From Bacilli bacterium (lineage in GTDB: Bacteria; Bacillota_I; Bacilli_A; RF39; UBA660): DNA of 64,000 bases. The position numbers and the translations under genes were made by a program. This document shows, in pieces, positions 50,733-60,107 of this stretch (its first letter is position 1; every line of letters begins with the position of its first letter). Where the stretch lies: the NCBI GenBank assembly GCA_017617435.1, contig JAFZWF010000014.1:573-64572 (forward strand), in the 5' to 3' direction. The notes beneath the pieces are model-generated. The model was not told the origin of the DNA. It did no database searches and saw only the letters and a list, made by a program, of their open reading frames with translations.

Positions 50733-50774
50733 TTTAAAATTATATCTTCAATAAAAAAATCTCTTTAAAAGAGA

Positions 50775-51338
50775 TTATTTTATAGCAGCAATTAAGTCAG
50801 CTTTTTTCATTGTAGAATATCCACTAACATTTTGTGCTTTAGCAACTTCTTTAAGTTCTGCTAAAGTCATTTTAGAGTAATCTTTTTTAGATTCTTCTTT
50901 TTTAGCAGGAGCTTCTTTTTTAACTTCTATTTTTTCAGCTTTAGGAGCTTCTTTTTTAGCTACTTCTTTTTTAGCAATTTTTCCATCATTTGCATCTTTA
51001 GCAATTTTTACTAAAGAAGCAAATGCTTTTGCATCATCAATAGCAAGTTCTGAAAGCATTTTTCTATTTACTTCAACACCAGCTTTGTTTAAACCTGAAA
51101 TGAATTTAGAATAACTAATTTCATTTAATCTACAAGCAGCATTGATTCTTGTAATCCAAAGTTTTCTAAAGTTTCTTTTATTTGCTCTTCTATCTCTATA
51201 AGCATATACTCCACTATGGAATACTTGTTCTTGAGCAGTTTTATAAAGTCTGTGTTTAGAACCAAAATATCCTTTAGCAGCTTTAAGTACTTTTCTTCTT
51301 CTAGTTTTAGATACTGTTCCGCCTTTAACTCTTGTCAT
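50775..51338 (-). CDS. rplT: 50S ribosomal protein L20 with a C-terminal extension of about 70 aa (Lys/Ala-rich linker plus Rho_N-like helix-hairpin)
   Basis: Residues 1-118 match L20 (MTRVKGG...[10 protein letters not shown]...NRKMLSELA). The extension is [31 protein letters not shown] followed by [31 protein letters not shown]. Confidence 0.8.
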   Translation of the reverse strand: MTRVKGGTVSKTRRRKVLKAAKGYFGSKHRLYKTAQEQVFHSGVYAYRDRRANKRNFRKLWITRINAACRLNEISYSKFISGLNKAGVEVNRKMLSELAIDDAKAFASLVKIAKDANDGKIAKKEVAKKEAPKAEKIEVKKEAPAKKEESKKDYSKMTLAELKEVAKAQNVSGYSTMKKADLIAAIK

Positions 51339-51353
51339 ATTTATTCACCTCTA

Positions 51354-51551
51354 CTAGATAACAGATTTTAATCTGCTAGCTTCTCCTTTTCCTAAGATTC
51401 CTTTATTTCTTCTTTGTCTAACTGCTTTAGAAGAGTCTTTTGCAGTTTTATGGTTACCATTACCTTTTTTATAAGTAATAGTTCCGTTTTTCTTTTTAGT
51501 TAAAACTTTAGCACTTGCTTTATGAGTTTTTTGTTTTGGACCTTTTGCCAT
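51354..51551 (-). CDS. rpmI: 50S ribosomal protein L35
   Basis: 65 aa basic protein between infC and rplT. Confidence 0.7.
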   Translation of the reverse strand: MAKGPKQKTHKASAKVLTKKKNGTITYKKGNGNHKTAKDSSKAVRQRRNKGILGKGEASRLKSVI

Positions 51552-51587
51552 AATACATTCCTTCTTTCTTATTATTTAAATAAATTA

Positions 51588-52130
51588 TTATTTATCTTTT
51601 TTAGGGGCTAATAGCATATACATTTGTTTACCTTCAAGTTTAGGTTGTGTTTCAATTGTTGATTCTTCACTTAATGCATCAGCAAAACGAAGAAGAACTT
51701 CTTGACCTAATTCAGGGTGAGTAATACTTCTACCTTTAAATCTTAAAAAACCTTTTATTTTATGTCCCTTAAGTAAGTATTCACGAGCATTTTTTACTCT
51801 TGTATCAAAGTCATGAATATCTATATTTACTGATAAACGGTATTCTTTTACTTCCTTATTAGCAGCTCTTTGATTTTTTTGAGCTTCTTTTAACTTTTTA
51901 TTTCTTTCATATTTATATTTGTTATAATCCATAATTTTAGCAACAGCAGGAGTAGAATTACCATTCATTAAAACTAGATCTAAACCAGCATAGTTAGCTA
52001 GTGTTAATGCATCTGTAATATTTTTTATTCCCATCTGCTCTCCATTTGGACCTATAACCATCATTTCAGCAACCCTTATATTTTCATTAATAGGTAACTC
52101 ATTTTTGTTATTATTTGCTATTGTAATCAA
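51588..52130 (-). CDS. infC: translation initiation factor IF-3, non-ATG start
   Basis: IF-3 N- and C-domain motifs. The ORF-track start is TTG at 52130, directly abutting the GGAGG RBS. The real start is more likely the AUA/AUU a few codons downstream. Confidence 0.85.
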   Translation of the reverse strand: MITIANNNKNELPINENIRVAEMMVIGPNGEQMGIKNITDALTLANYAGLDLVLMNGNSTPAVAKIMDYNKYKYERNKKLKEAQKNQRAANKEVKEYRLSVNIDIHDFDTRVKNAREYLLKGHKIKGFLRFKGRSITHPELGQEVLLRFADALSEESTIETQPKLEGKQMYMLLAPKKDK

Positions 52131-52323
52131 CCTCCAAATTTAAATTATTAATACAAAAAAGTGGATACATAATATGTATCCACTTTAAAAACCTTAAATT
52201 ATAAATATATTATTATTTATTTTTTTATGGCCTTTTACCTATTACTACTTCGTAATCAGGTGGATGTGGATACATCGCTTTCCTTTTTCATATAACGATA
52301 TTAATTATATACTATTTTATGTA
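52131..52323 (-). promoter_or_regulatory. infC-rpmI-rplT leader: sigma-A-like promoter (TTGACA-16-TATAAT), then mutually exclusive antiterminator/terminator. Candidate L20-mediated attenuator.
   Basis: TTGACA at 52323..52318, TATAAT at 52301..52296. Terminator hairpin GTGGATACATATTATGTATCCAC + TTTTTT at 52184..52155. An upstream copy of ATGTATCCAC (52282..52273) can pair with the terminator 5' arm. Confidence 0.5.
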
Positions 52324-52338
52324 AATGTCAAGAATATA

Positions 52339-52686
52339 TTAGTGAATATTGTTAGATTTCTTAACATATGTTCTAACTTTTTGTTTTTCTGATTCTTTTT
52401 CGCTAGTATTATTTTCTTGTTCGTTGCGATTTATCACAGGTTCAATAGTATTTCCTGTTCTGCTAAAATATTTATTTCTTTCAAGCAAACACCAATCCTT
52501 TTTATATTCTGGTGTTATTTCTTCAGTTGTTGCAGTGCATGTGTCCTTTATTGGGCAAATGCCACACTCAAAATTTTTTTCTGAGTTCAATTCTACATCT
52601 ACTTTTCTATCTCTATTTATTGCAAATACATCTTCTAAAAGTTTAATTCTGAATTGTTTAAACTGCTCATCGGTCATTTTACTCAT
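52339..52686 (-). CDS. hypothetical small protein with 4 Cys (115 aa)
   Basis: ECGICP...CTATTEE...WC. No family recognised. Confidence 0.4.
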   Translation of the reverse strand: MSKMTDEQFKQFRIKLLEDVFAINRDRKVDVELNSEKNFECGICPIKDTCTATTEEITPEYKKDWCLLERNKYFSRTGNTIEPVINRNEQENNTSEKESEKQKVRTYVKKSNNIH

Positions 52687-52902
52687 TATTATTTCTCACT
52701 TTCTATTTTATTTTAGTAACTTTATTATCGACTTTCTTTTTGTCTATCATTTTCGTAAGGTGTTTCTTCACCTAAAAGATCGTGAAGTTTTTCATTTATA
52801 TCTTTACTTTCTTGTTGCTCTTTTTCTTTTACTTTTTCAATTATTTCTAAAATTTCAAGTTTAAGAAGAATTAAGTCTTCTTTTTTCATTTATAAAACCT
52901 CC

Positions 52903-53862
52903 CTAATAAAATTTTTTTCTTGTTCTTGTGTTGTTGTTTCCAATAACAAGTGAGAAGTGATCTAAACTTCCTTCTTTTATCTTGTTATTTTCATCAAAAA
53001 CATATTCTTGAACATGAATGCATGTAACTATATTACCTGATATATCAAAATCCCATCTTAAAAAGCCACTTGTAAAGCCATTAATTTCTGGAAGTCTTGA
53101 TACTGATGGGTTAATAATCCTTACTGCCAATCCTTTACCATAAGAATAAATATTTTTATCAAAATAATGACTATGTCCACTAATTAAAATCATGTTATCA
53201 GTTAATTTTTCTTTTATTCTTGGATCGTTTGCATTATGACATAGCATTATTTCTTTATTTGCTATTTTAATAATTCCATAACCACTGCTATACACCTTTA
53301 TATCGTGTCTATTTTTTCTTAAATATTCATTAAATGACATTCCACTAGATAATCTACTTCTTAAATCATGATCACCTAAAGCGCAAATTGTAACGAGTTC
53401 ACTTGCTTGTGGATATACTCTTATAAATTCTTCAGCTTGCTTATCTATAGAGGGAATTCTTCTTGGAAAACTATCTTTAGATTTTGGAAAACCGTCAATA
53501 TTATCTCCTGAATTTAAAATAAAGTGCAGGTCTTTAAATAATACATAATTTTGAATTTCATAAAGTCTTTTTTCATCATCATATACACTTCCGATATGAA
53601 TGTCAGAAAGGGATACAAATGATATACGGCCATGATCAGGGTTTATTGTAATAGGATCATCAGCATTTATTTTTTCTGTAGTATAAAATATTTCCCCTTT
53701 ACTATCATAAGATGGATAGTAAAAAATTCCTTTAGTTTTTAATTCGTTGATTTTGCAAAATAAATCTTTGTAATTCACATTGAGTTCATCACAAATTTGT
53801 GATGCACTAAAATTTGAATTAATTAATCTTAGTAATAGTTTTTCATCCATAAAAATTCCCAC
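52903..53862 (-). CDS. calcineurin-like metallophosphoesterase with an N-terminal extension of about 60 aa
   Basis: MPP motifs SDIHIGS (DxH), GDNID (GDxxD), GDHD, GHSH. Confidence 0.65.
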   Translation of the reverse strand: MGIFMDEKLLLRLINSNFSASQICDELNVNYKDLFCKINELKTKGIFYYPSYDSKGEIFYTTEKINADDPITINPDHGRISFVSLSDIHIGSVYDDEKRLYEIQNYVLFKDLHFILNSGDNIDGFPKSKDSFPRRIPSIDKQAEEFIRVYPQASELVTICALGDHDLRSRLSSGMSFNEYLRKNRHDIKVYSSGYGIIKIANKEIMLCHNANDPRIKEKLTDNMILISGHSHYFDKNIYSYGKGLAVRIINPSVSRLPEINGFTSGFLRWDFDISGNIVTCIHVQEYVFDENNKIKEGSLDHFSLVIGNNNTRTRKKFY

Positions 53863-53936
53863 AATCTTTTTTAAATAAAGTTCTTATTATTATATAAAAA
53901 CACATATGATTAATCAATAAAAAAACATAAATATTT

Positions 53937-55700
53937 CTATTTATGTTCTTTTATTTCGTTTTTTAGTAAATCGATGAATTCTTCATAAGTTACAGTTGTT
54001 GTTTCTTGAGAACCACGTCTTCTATAAGAAATTAACTTCTCATCAACTTCTTTTTGACCAAGAACAAGCACTATAGGTACCTTTTGCATTACAGCTTCTC
54101 TCATTCTATAACCAACTTTTTCTTCTCTATCATCAAGTTCAACTCTTATATCTTCATCAATTAATTTATTTAATATCTCGTTAGCATAATCTAAATGATA
54201 TTCATTATTAACTGGAAGTATTTTAACTTGAACTGGTGATAAGAATAGTGGAAGGTTTCCTTTAGTTTCCTCTAAATAGAATGCAATTGTTCTATCAAGA
54301 GAACCAAGAATAGCTCTATGTAGTACTACTGGAGTTTTCTTAGATCCATCTTTATCAATGTATTTTAAATCAAATTTCATAGGTAAACAGAAATCTATTT
54401 GACAAGTTGATAATGTTATTTCATTTCCAACAGCAGGTTGAACTTGAACATCACATTTAGGTCCATAGAAAGCTGCTTCACCTTTTTTCTCAACATATGG
54501 AATATTTAAATCATCCATTATTTTTCTTAAAGCATCTTCTGCAGTATTCCACATTTCATCATCTTGATGATATTTAACTTTATCTTCAGGATCTCTTAAA
54601 GAAAGTTCAAAGCGATAATTTTTAATTCCTAATTCTTTATAAACTTCTAAAATTAAATCTATAACATCTTTGAATTCAGCTTCAATTTGATCAGGAGTAC
54701 AGAAAATATGTGAGTCATTTTGACAGAATGTTCTAACTCTTTCAATACCTTTTAAAGCACCTGATGCTTCATATCGACAATCTCTTGCAATTTCAGCAAT
54801 TCTTAAAGGTAAATCTCTATAAGAATGAATGTCATTAGCATACATTACCATGTGATGAGGACAGTTCATAGGTCTTAAAACATATTCTTCATCTTCAACT
54901 TGCATAATTGGGAACATTGATTCTTTATAATGCTCTAGATGTCCAGAAGTCTTATATAGATTTACATTACCAAGTGGTGGAGTTTGAACATGTTTATATC
55001 CTCTTTTAAGTTCTTTATTTCTAATATAATTTTCAAATTCATTCCATAAAATAAAACCGTTAGGTAAATACATTGGAAGTCCACGACCAACTAAATCAGA
55101 CATCATATAAATACCTAAATCTTTACCAATTTTTCTATGATCTCTTTCTTTGGCTTCTTCAAGTTCTTGTAGATGTTTATTTAAATCTTCTTCATTATCA
55201 AAACAAATACCATAGATTCTTTGAAGCATTTTATTGCTTGCATCACCTTTCCAGTAAGCTCCGCTAAACTTTAAAAGTTTAAAGTTTTTAAGTTCTTTAA
55301 CAGTATCAACATGTGGTCCTCGGCATAAATCAGTGAAGTCTCCTTGAGTATAACAAGAAATTACGGTATTATCTTCATCCATATTATTAATTAAGTCTAA
55401 TTTGTATGGATCGTTTTTAAACATTTCTAGAGCTTCATCTTTAGATATTTCTTGTCTTACTATTCTTTTGCCATCTTTAGCTAGTTTTTTCATCTCTTTA
55501 GATATTGCTTCAATATCTTGATCAGTTAATACTTTATCTCCTAGATCAATATCATAGTAGAAACCTTCTTCAATAACTGGTCCTACCCAGAATTTTGCAT
55601 CAGGAAATAAATGTTTAACTGCTTGTGCCATAAGGTGAGCACATGAGTGATTAAGCTTAGTTAATCTTTCATCTTCTTTAATGTTTATCATATCAATCAT
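53937..55700 (-). CDS. thrS: threonyl-tRNA synthetase, short form lacking the N-terminal TGS domain
   Basis: Editing (N2) domain HxxxH...CxxxH, class II core motifs, C-terminal anticodon-binding domain. 587 aa versus about 640 for Bacillus ThrS. It cannot extend upstream because the T-box terminator sits there. Confidence 0.9.
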   Translation of the reverse strand: MIDMINIKEDERLTKLNHSCAHLMAQAVKHLFPDAKFWVGPVIEEGFYYDIDLGDKVLTDQDIEAISKEMKKLAKDGKRIVRQEISKDEALEMFKNDPYKLDLINNMDEDNTVISCYTQGDFTDLCRGPHVDTVKELKNFKLLKFSGAYWKGDASNKMLQRIYGICFDNEEDLNKHLQELEEAKERDHRKIGKDLGIYMMSDLVGRGLPMYLPNGFILWNEFENYIRNKELKRGYKHVQTPPLGNVNLYKTSGHLEHYKESMFPIMQVEDEEYVLRPMNCPHHMVMYANDIHSYRDLPLRIAEIARDCRYEASGALKGIERVRTFCQNDSHIFCTPDQIEAEFKDVIDLILEVYKELGIKNYRFELSLRDPEDKVKYHQDDEMWNTAEDALRKIMDDLNIPYVEKKGEAAFYGPKCDVQVQPAVGNEITLSTCQIDFCLPMKFDLKYIDKDGSKKTPVVLHRAILGSLDRTIAFYLEETKGNLPLFLSPVQVKILPVNNEYHLDYANEILNKLIDEDIRVELDDREEKVGYRMREAVMQKVPIVLVLGQKEVDEKLISYRRRGSQETTTVTYEEFIDLLKNEIKEHK

Positions 55701-55704
55701 TCCT

Positions 55705-55950
55705 TTCTTATTAATTAAAAAACCGCATAGCTATGCAAAGGAGCATAGATACGCGGTACCATCCTTAATTATACTTAATTATTAATAACGGCTAATAATA
55801 ATAACCGGGATTTATTAATCCTCTCTAAAAGTAGTAATTTATATAACTTCTTGTTAATTTACACCAGCCATTAACTCTCTATATTTCCATTATATAAATC
55901 GTGTCTTTCTTCATCGATTTACAATTAAAATGTTAATACTTATATTATAA
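55705..55950 (-). promoter_or_regulatory. T-box riboswitch leader of thrS
   Basis: Minus-strand sequence AATTAAGGATGGTACCGCG (plus 55771..55753) matches the T-box consensus, with a UGGU bulge. It is followed by a 14-bp terminator (CCGCGTATCTATGC / GCATAGCTATGCGG) + TTTTTT ending about 20 nt before the thrS ATG. Confidence 0.8.
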
Positions 55951-55954
55951 AAAG

Positions 55955-56857
55955 TCAATTATTTTTATTTTTTACCCTTACAGGATCTTTGTCAAGTTTA
56001 TACTTTCCACTTACCATATCTGCAAAATCAACACAGTAATATCCACTCTTTAAATATTTACGTGCAACATCTGGTCTACAGATAACAACAGCATTATTTC
56101 CCTCTTTATATGATCCTAAAAACTTGAATTCTAAAGTCTTATCATCATGATTTTTAACCATATTAAGATGTAAATGAAACCAATCCCTATATTCTTTAGT
56201 TCCAGGAAATGAAACAACTATTTTATCTTTACCACTATTTTTTAACTGTTTAATAAAAGCTATAAATCTAAGAGCTATTAAACTTGTTTCATTTATTTTA
56301 TAAATGTCAGTATCACTTAAACTTACTATACCTTCAGCTTCATCGATAACATGACTACTACACCTAGCAAAATTTTTCATAATAAAGCTGTTTGATAGTG
56401 CGAAAACATAATCATCAGATAAATCCTCCACTGGAACAACTAGTTGTTCTATTGATCCATCAGGGTAAAAACCTATCTTTTTATCTTCACTTACTAAATC
56501 TCCATAAAATTGAGGATTAATATTAACAGCATATGCATTTCCATCGTAGCTTTTAACTACAATATAAAATCTATGATCCCATGATATTTCCATTGGATAA
56601 TCATTATCATTTTCCCACTCTTGTTCTAAAAACTTATCATATTTAAACCAATCTTTATGACATATTATATCCCCATCAATTACATCATCATTTTTGTAAA
56701 CATTTTTTCTTACTAAATTAAATGGTTCAAGTGTAGCAATTTCAAAAGCATGTCTTTTATCAAAACCAAAACTTTTATATTCAAATACCATATTTCCATT
56801 ATCAATTTCATTTTCTTTTAACTTCGTAAATTCATTAAGTATTATTGTTCTCATCAA
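55955..56857 (-). CDS. YtxC-like putative sporulation protein
   Basis: 300 aa. Position between dnaI and thrS equals the B. subtilis dnaB-dnaI-ytxB-ytxC-thrS arrangement. Assignment mainly by synteny and size. Confidence 0.4.
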   Translation of the reverse strand: MMRTIILNEFTKLKENEIDNGNMVFEYKSFGFDKRHAFEIATLEPFNLVRKNVYKNDDVIDGDIICHKDWFKYDKFLEQEWENDNDYPMEISWDHRFYIVVKSYDGNAYAVNINPQFYGDLVSEDKKIGFYPDGSIEQLVVPVEDLSDDYVFALSNSFIMKNFARCSSHVIDEAEGIVSLSDTDIYKINETSLIALRFIAFIKQLKNSGKDKIVVSFPGTKEYRDWFHLHLNMVKNHDDKTLEFKFLGSYKEGNNAVVICRPDVARKYLKSGYYCVDFADMVSGKYKLDKDPVRVKNKNN

Positions 56858-56874
56858 AACCCACCTATTTTTAC

Positions 56875-57762
56875 TTATTTTTCTCTTCTGTTTACACTAA
56901 TTAATTCTAAATCATTAGTTAACTGTTTAATTCTTTCAATTATTCTTCTAGCTTTAACCAAATCATCACTTTTATTTGAAAGTGCTAAATGACTTTCAAG
57001 TTCTTTAATAGTTAAGTTTGATGTAAAGAATGTTGCAAGTTGTTTATCCATTCTTGCTTGTAAAATAGTTCCAAGAACTTCATCTCTTCCCCATTCAGTT
57101 ACTTTTTCAGCACCAATATCATCAATAAGTAAAATATCAACACTTTTTAAATACTCTATCTTACTTCCAAAATTATCCCAGTCATCTTTTAAAGTTCTTA
57201 AAGCTTCTGGAAAATAAATCATGCAAACAGATGCTTTTTTCTTTTCATGAAGTTCATTTAAAAGTGCTGAAACTAAAAAACTTTTACCTGAACCAAAAGA
57301 ACCATGTAAATATAAACCTACATTATTTTTAGAAGGACTATAATTATTAAAAAATTCATCTAAATAACAAATAACTTCTTGTCTTTTTTTATCTGTTATG
57401 TCAATATCCTTCATTCTTACATCTTCTAAAGGATTGTGATTTTTTTTATCTATTTCATCATCAATGGCTTTAGTATATTTACAAGGTATATAACTAAATA
57501 TAAGTCTATTTCCTTCTTTTTTAGGATATGAAACATATCCTTCAAGTTTATTCTTGCACTGAAATATACCCTTACAATTTTTACAATTAGATAGTTCACA
57601 TAACGTATCTTCTAACTTTGATGTATACTTTGCAGCAACACTATCATCAATATCTAGTTTTTGACAAAGCTTAATGAACTTTTCATCTTTTTTTGCAGAT
57701 GATAATTCTTTTTTTAGTTCACTAACAATTTTTTTATTATAACTTAAATTCACATTTTCCAT
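56875..57762 (-). CDS. dnaI: primosomal protein DnaI (helicase loader, AAA+)
   Basis: N-terminal zinc-binding region (CKNCKG...C), Walker A GSFGSGKS, Walker B LLIDDIG. 295 aa. Confidence 0.8.
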   Translation of the reverse strand: MENVNLSYNKKIVSELKKELSSAKKDEKFIKLCQKLDIDDSVAAKYTSKLEDTLCELSNCKNCKGIFQCKNKLEGYVSYPKKEGNRLIFSYIPCKYTKAIDDEIDKKNHNPLEDVRMKDIDITDKKRQEVICYLDEFFNNYSPSKNNVGLYLHGSFGSGKSFLVSALLNELHEKKKASVCMIYFPEALRTLKDDWDNFGSKIEYLKSVDILLIDDIGAEKVTEWGRDEVLGTILQARMDKQLATFFTSNLTIKELESHLALSNKSDDLVKARRIIERIKQLTNDLELISVNRREK

Positions 57763-57768
57763 AAATTA

Positions 57769-59040
57769 TCACCTGTATTTTTCCATCATTTCTTGCATTT
57801 TCTTTTCTTCTTCTTCAGTAATTTCTTTTTTCTCTATTTTTTCATCAAACCATTCTGGTTGTTTTTTAGTAGAAATTATTTTCTTTTCAGATATTTTTTT
57901 AGATTTACGATGTTCTTCTTCTGCAAATGCCATTGCATCTGCTGCTGTTTCAATGTTTTGTCTTTTCCACTGACCTGCAATAGTTTCAACAAAACCAGTT
58001 GTTAATTTATTATTATTTTTCTTTAAAACATAATCGATTAATACGTTTACTACAGCAGGTTTTAAATCTAGATCAATAAGTAAACTTTCAAGAAGTTTTA
58101 AATCTCTTGCTGTTGGTTTTGAATTGTTATATTTACTTTTAAGAAAATCATAAGGTGTTGTATTTTCAAAGACAGCTATTAATTTACCACGCTTAGAATT
58201 ATCTCCTTGTGGTGATTTTAAATATTCTGGTTGAATGCGATATATAAGTGATGGTAATGCTCCATTTTGAGATTGATATCTACTTCTAGCATTCTTTCTT
58301 AAATCATTTATATTAATAATTCCTTTTTCTGAAATAGATTCACGTATAAGTTCACACATTTTTATATTATCAAAATTATATATATAAGATAACTGATTAA
58401 TAAGTTTTCTTATTTCTAAAGTAAATGTTCGTTGATTTACTAATCCCTTTGGTAAAGATGAAACTATAAAATCAAAATCAATTATATTTTCTGAATTTAT
58501 ACCTAAAAATTCTCTTTTAATAATATTTTCTGGAATTGGTGCATCAACTGATTGATAAACCTCATTAATTTTTTTTGTTATGTCATCATAACCTGTTAAA
58601 TCAATATCAATCTTTTGATATTTTTTTACTAAATTATCGTACTCACCTTTTCCAATATTGTTATATAAAACTACATTATATATTGCATTATTAAAAAAGT
58701 CTGATGGAAGAAGTGGCGAATATAATTCGTAGATATATTCATTTATATCTCCTTCTTTATAATATGTTTTAACTAATCCCATGGCTTCTAAAGCTTCCCT
58801 TGCTTTTTTTATGTCTTCTAAACTTAGTTTAAGAAGAGTCATTAAATGGTGATGAGAATGGTCTTTACTTTTTAAGGATATACTATTTAAGTCATTCCAA
58901 AAAGCTAGGTATAAACCTACTGCTGTTGCACCAATTATTGGTTCATAAAGATTAATAAGGGTTTCACGATCCTGATCTGATAATATCGTTTTATTAATAA
59001 TTAAGTATTTATCAGCTGGAAGTAATGTTACTAACTTCAT
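57769..59040 (-). CDS. dnaB: replication initiation and membrane attachment protein DnaB (Bacillus-type, DnaD-like domains)
   Basis: N-terminus LPADKYLIINKTILSDQDRETLINLYEPIIGATAVGLYLAFW parallels B. subtilis DnaB. 423 aa. Confidence 0.75.
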   Translation of the reverse strand: MKLVTLLPADKYLIINKTILSDQDRETLINLYEPIIGATAVGLYLAFWNDLNSISLKSKDHSHHHLMTLLKLSLEDIKKAREALEAMGLVKTYYKEGDINEYIYELYSPLLPSDFFNNAIYNVVLYNNIGKGEYDNLVKKYQKIDIDLTGYDDITKKINEVYQSVDAPIPENIIKREFLGINSENIIDFDFIVSSLPKGLVNQRTFTLEIRKLINQLSYIYNFDNIKMCELIRESISEKGIININDLRKNARSRYQSQNGALPSLIYRIQPEYLKSPQGDNSKRGKLIAVFENTTPYDFLKSKYNNSKPTARDLKLLESLLIDLDLKPAVVNVLIDYVLKKNNNKLTTGFVETIAGQWKRQNIETAADAMAFAEEEHRKSKKISEKKIISTKKQPEWFDEKIEKKEITEEEEKKMQEMMEKYR

Positions 59041-59129
59041 ATTGATCCACCCTCCTTGTATTTTTTATTATACATAATAATAATTATTTATTGCAACAAA
59101 AAATACAAGATTTTTAACCTTGTATTTTA

Positions 59130-59858
59130 TTAACAACCTTCATTAGTACAAACTGTATTAGATACCTTTGCAAACATGTTAGTTAAATTCTTTTTTAAAG
59201 ATACTATTTCATCATCTGTTAGAGGAACAAATTTTTCTTGAGTATCTACAGTACCTTTAAGAAAATCTACAATTTTACCATTATTTACAACTACAGTAGT
59301 TGGAGCATATAATCTTTTAACTCCTGTATCTATCTTTTTACCATTTTCATTTGTTAAATAATATTCATCTAAGTATTTATCTAAAACTTCTAAAAGTTCA
59401 TAGTATTCTTTAGATCCTTCTTTAGTCATAATTGCTTTTTTACCATCAATTTCGTAAGTATCACGCATTTCAGAAATATTTAAATAATATATTTTCTTAA
59501 CACCAATATTTTTACCTACTTCTTCAAGGTATGGAACTAAAGTACGGCACCATGGACATTGTGGAAAACCAAAATAAATAACTCCTGTATCTTCTTTTAA
59601 AAATTTAACGGCATCTTCTGCTTTAATATATTTAAATAAATTATTTGTTGAAAGATTAACATCAAAATATGATATTTCTGTATTATCATATTTTTTACCA
59701 TTAAATTCTTCATACTCTCTTTTAAATTTTATTGCATCAGTTTCTTCGGCTTTACATGTTTTTTCACCCTTATGTAAAAAAGCATACACTCCAAATCCTC
59801 CTGCAAGTAATACTATTAATATAATGATTGCTAAAAAATGTTTTTGTTCTTTTGTCAT
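59130..59858 (-). CDS. membrane-anchored thioredoxin-fold protein (CxxC)
   Basis: N-terminal TM helix. FGFPQCPWC redox motif. An additional C-terminal Cys pair (CTNEGC). Confidence 0.6.
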   Translation of the reverse strand: MTKEQKHFLAIIILIVLLAGGFGVYAFLHKGEKTCKAEETDAIKFKREYEEFNGKKYDNTEISYFDVNLSTNNLFKYIKAEDAVKFLKEDTGVIYFGFPQCPWCRTLVPYLEEVGKNIGVKKIYYLNISEMRDTYEIDGKKAIMTKEGSKEYYELLEVLDKYLDEYYLTNENGKKIDTGVKRLYAPTTVVVNNGKIVDFLKGTVDTQEKFVPLTDDEIVSLKKNLTNMFAKVSNTVCTNEGC

Positions 59859-59981
59859 ATATACACCTCACTTCTAACATTTTACTTTATTCGACATAAT
59901 ATGGCAAGTTATAATTAATAGTAAATAAATAGTTGTATTTAAATAAATTATTTGTTATAATTCATATTGTCAAATGACAAA

Positions 59982-60058
59982 TGGCGATGTAGCTCAGTTG
60001 GCTAGAGCATCCGGTTCATACCCGGCAGGTCGTGTGTTCGAATCACACCGTCGCTACC
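59982..60058 (+). tRNA. tRNA with anticodon CAU (elongator tRNA-Met or lysidine-modified tRNA-Ile2)
   Basis: 77 nt cloverleaf. Acceptor GGCGATG/CGTCGCT, D-stem GCTC/GAGC, anticodon loop TTCATAC, T-arm GTGTG-TTCGAAT-CACAC, encoded CCA end. Confidence 0.85.
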
Positions 60059-60068
60059 AATATGAAAA

Positions 60069-60107
60069 TAACACGAACTATTTAGTTCGTGTTTTTCTTT
60101 TTTTTAA
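60069..60107 (+). terminator. rho-independent terminator after the tRNA (AACACGAACTATTTAGTTCGTGTT + T-run)
   Basis: Perfect 9-bp stem followed by TTTTTCTTTTTTTT. Confidence 0.75.

Noticed and set aside
52349-52864. 171-aa plus-strand ORF
   Set aside because: Antisense to the 52339..52686 CDS and its upstream region. The sequence is F/L/S low-complexity with no RBS, typical of a spurious ORF in AT-rich DNA.
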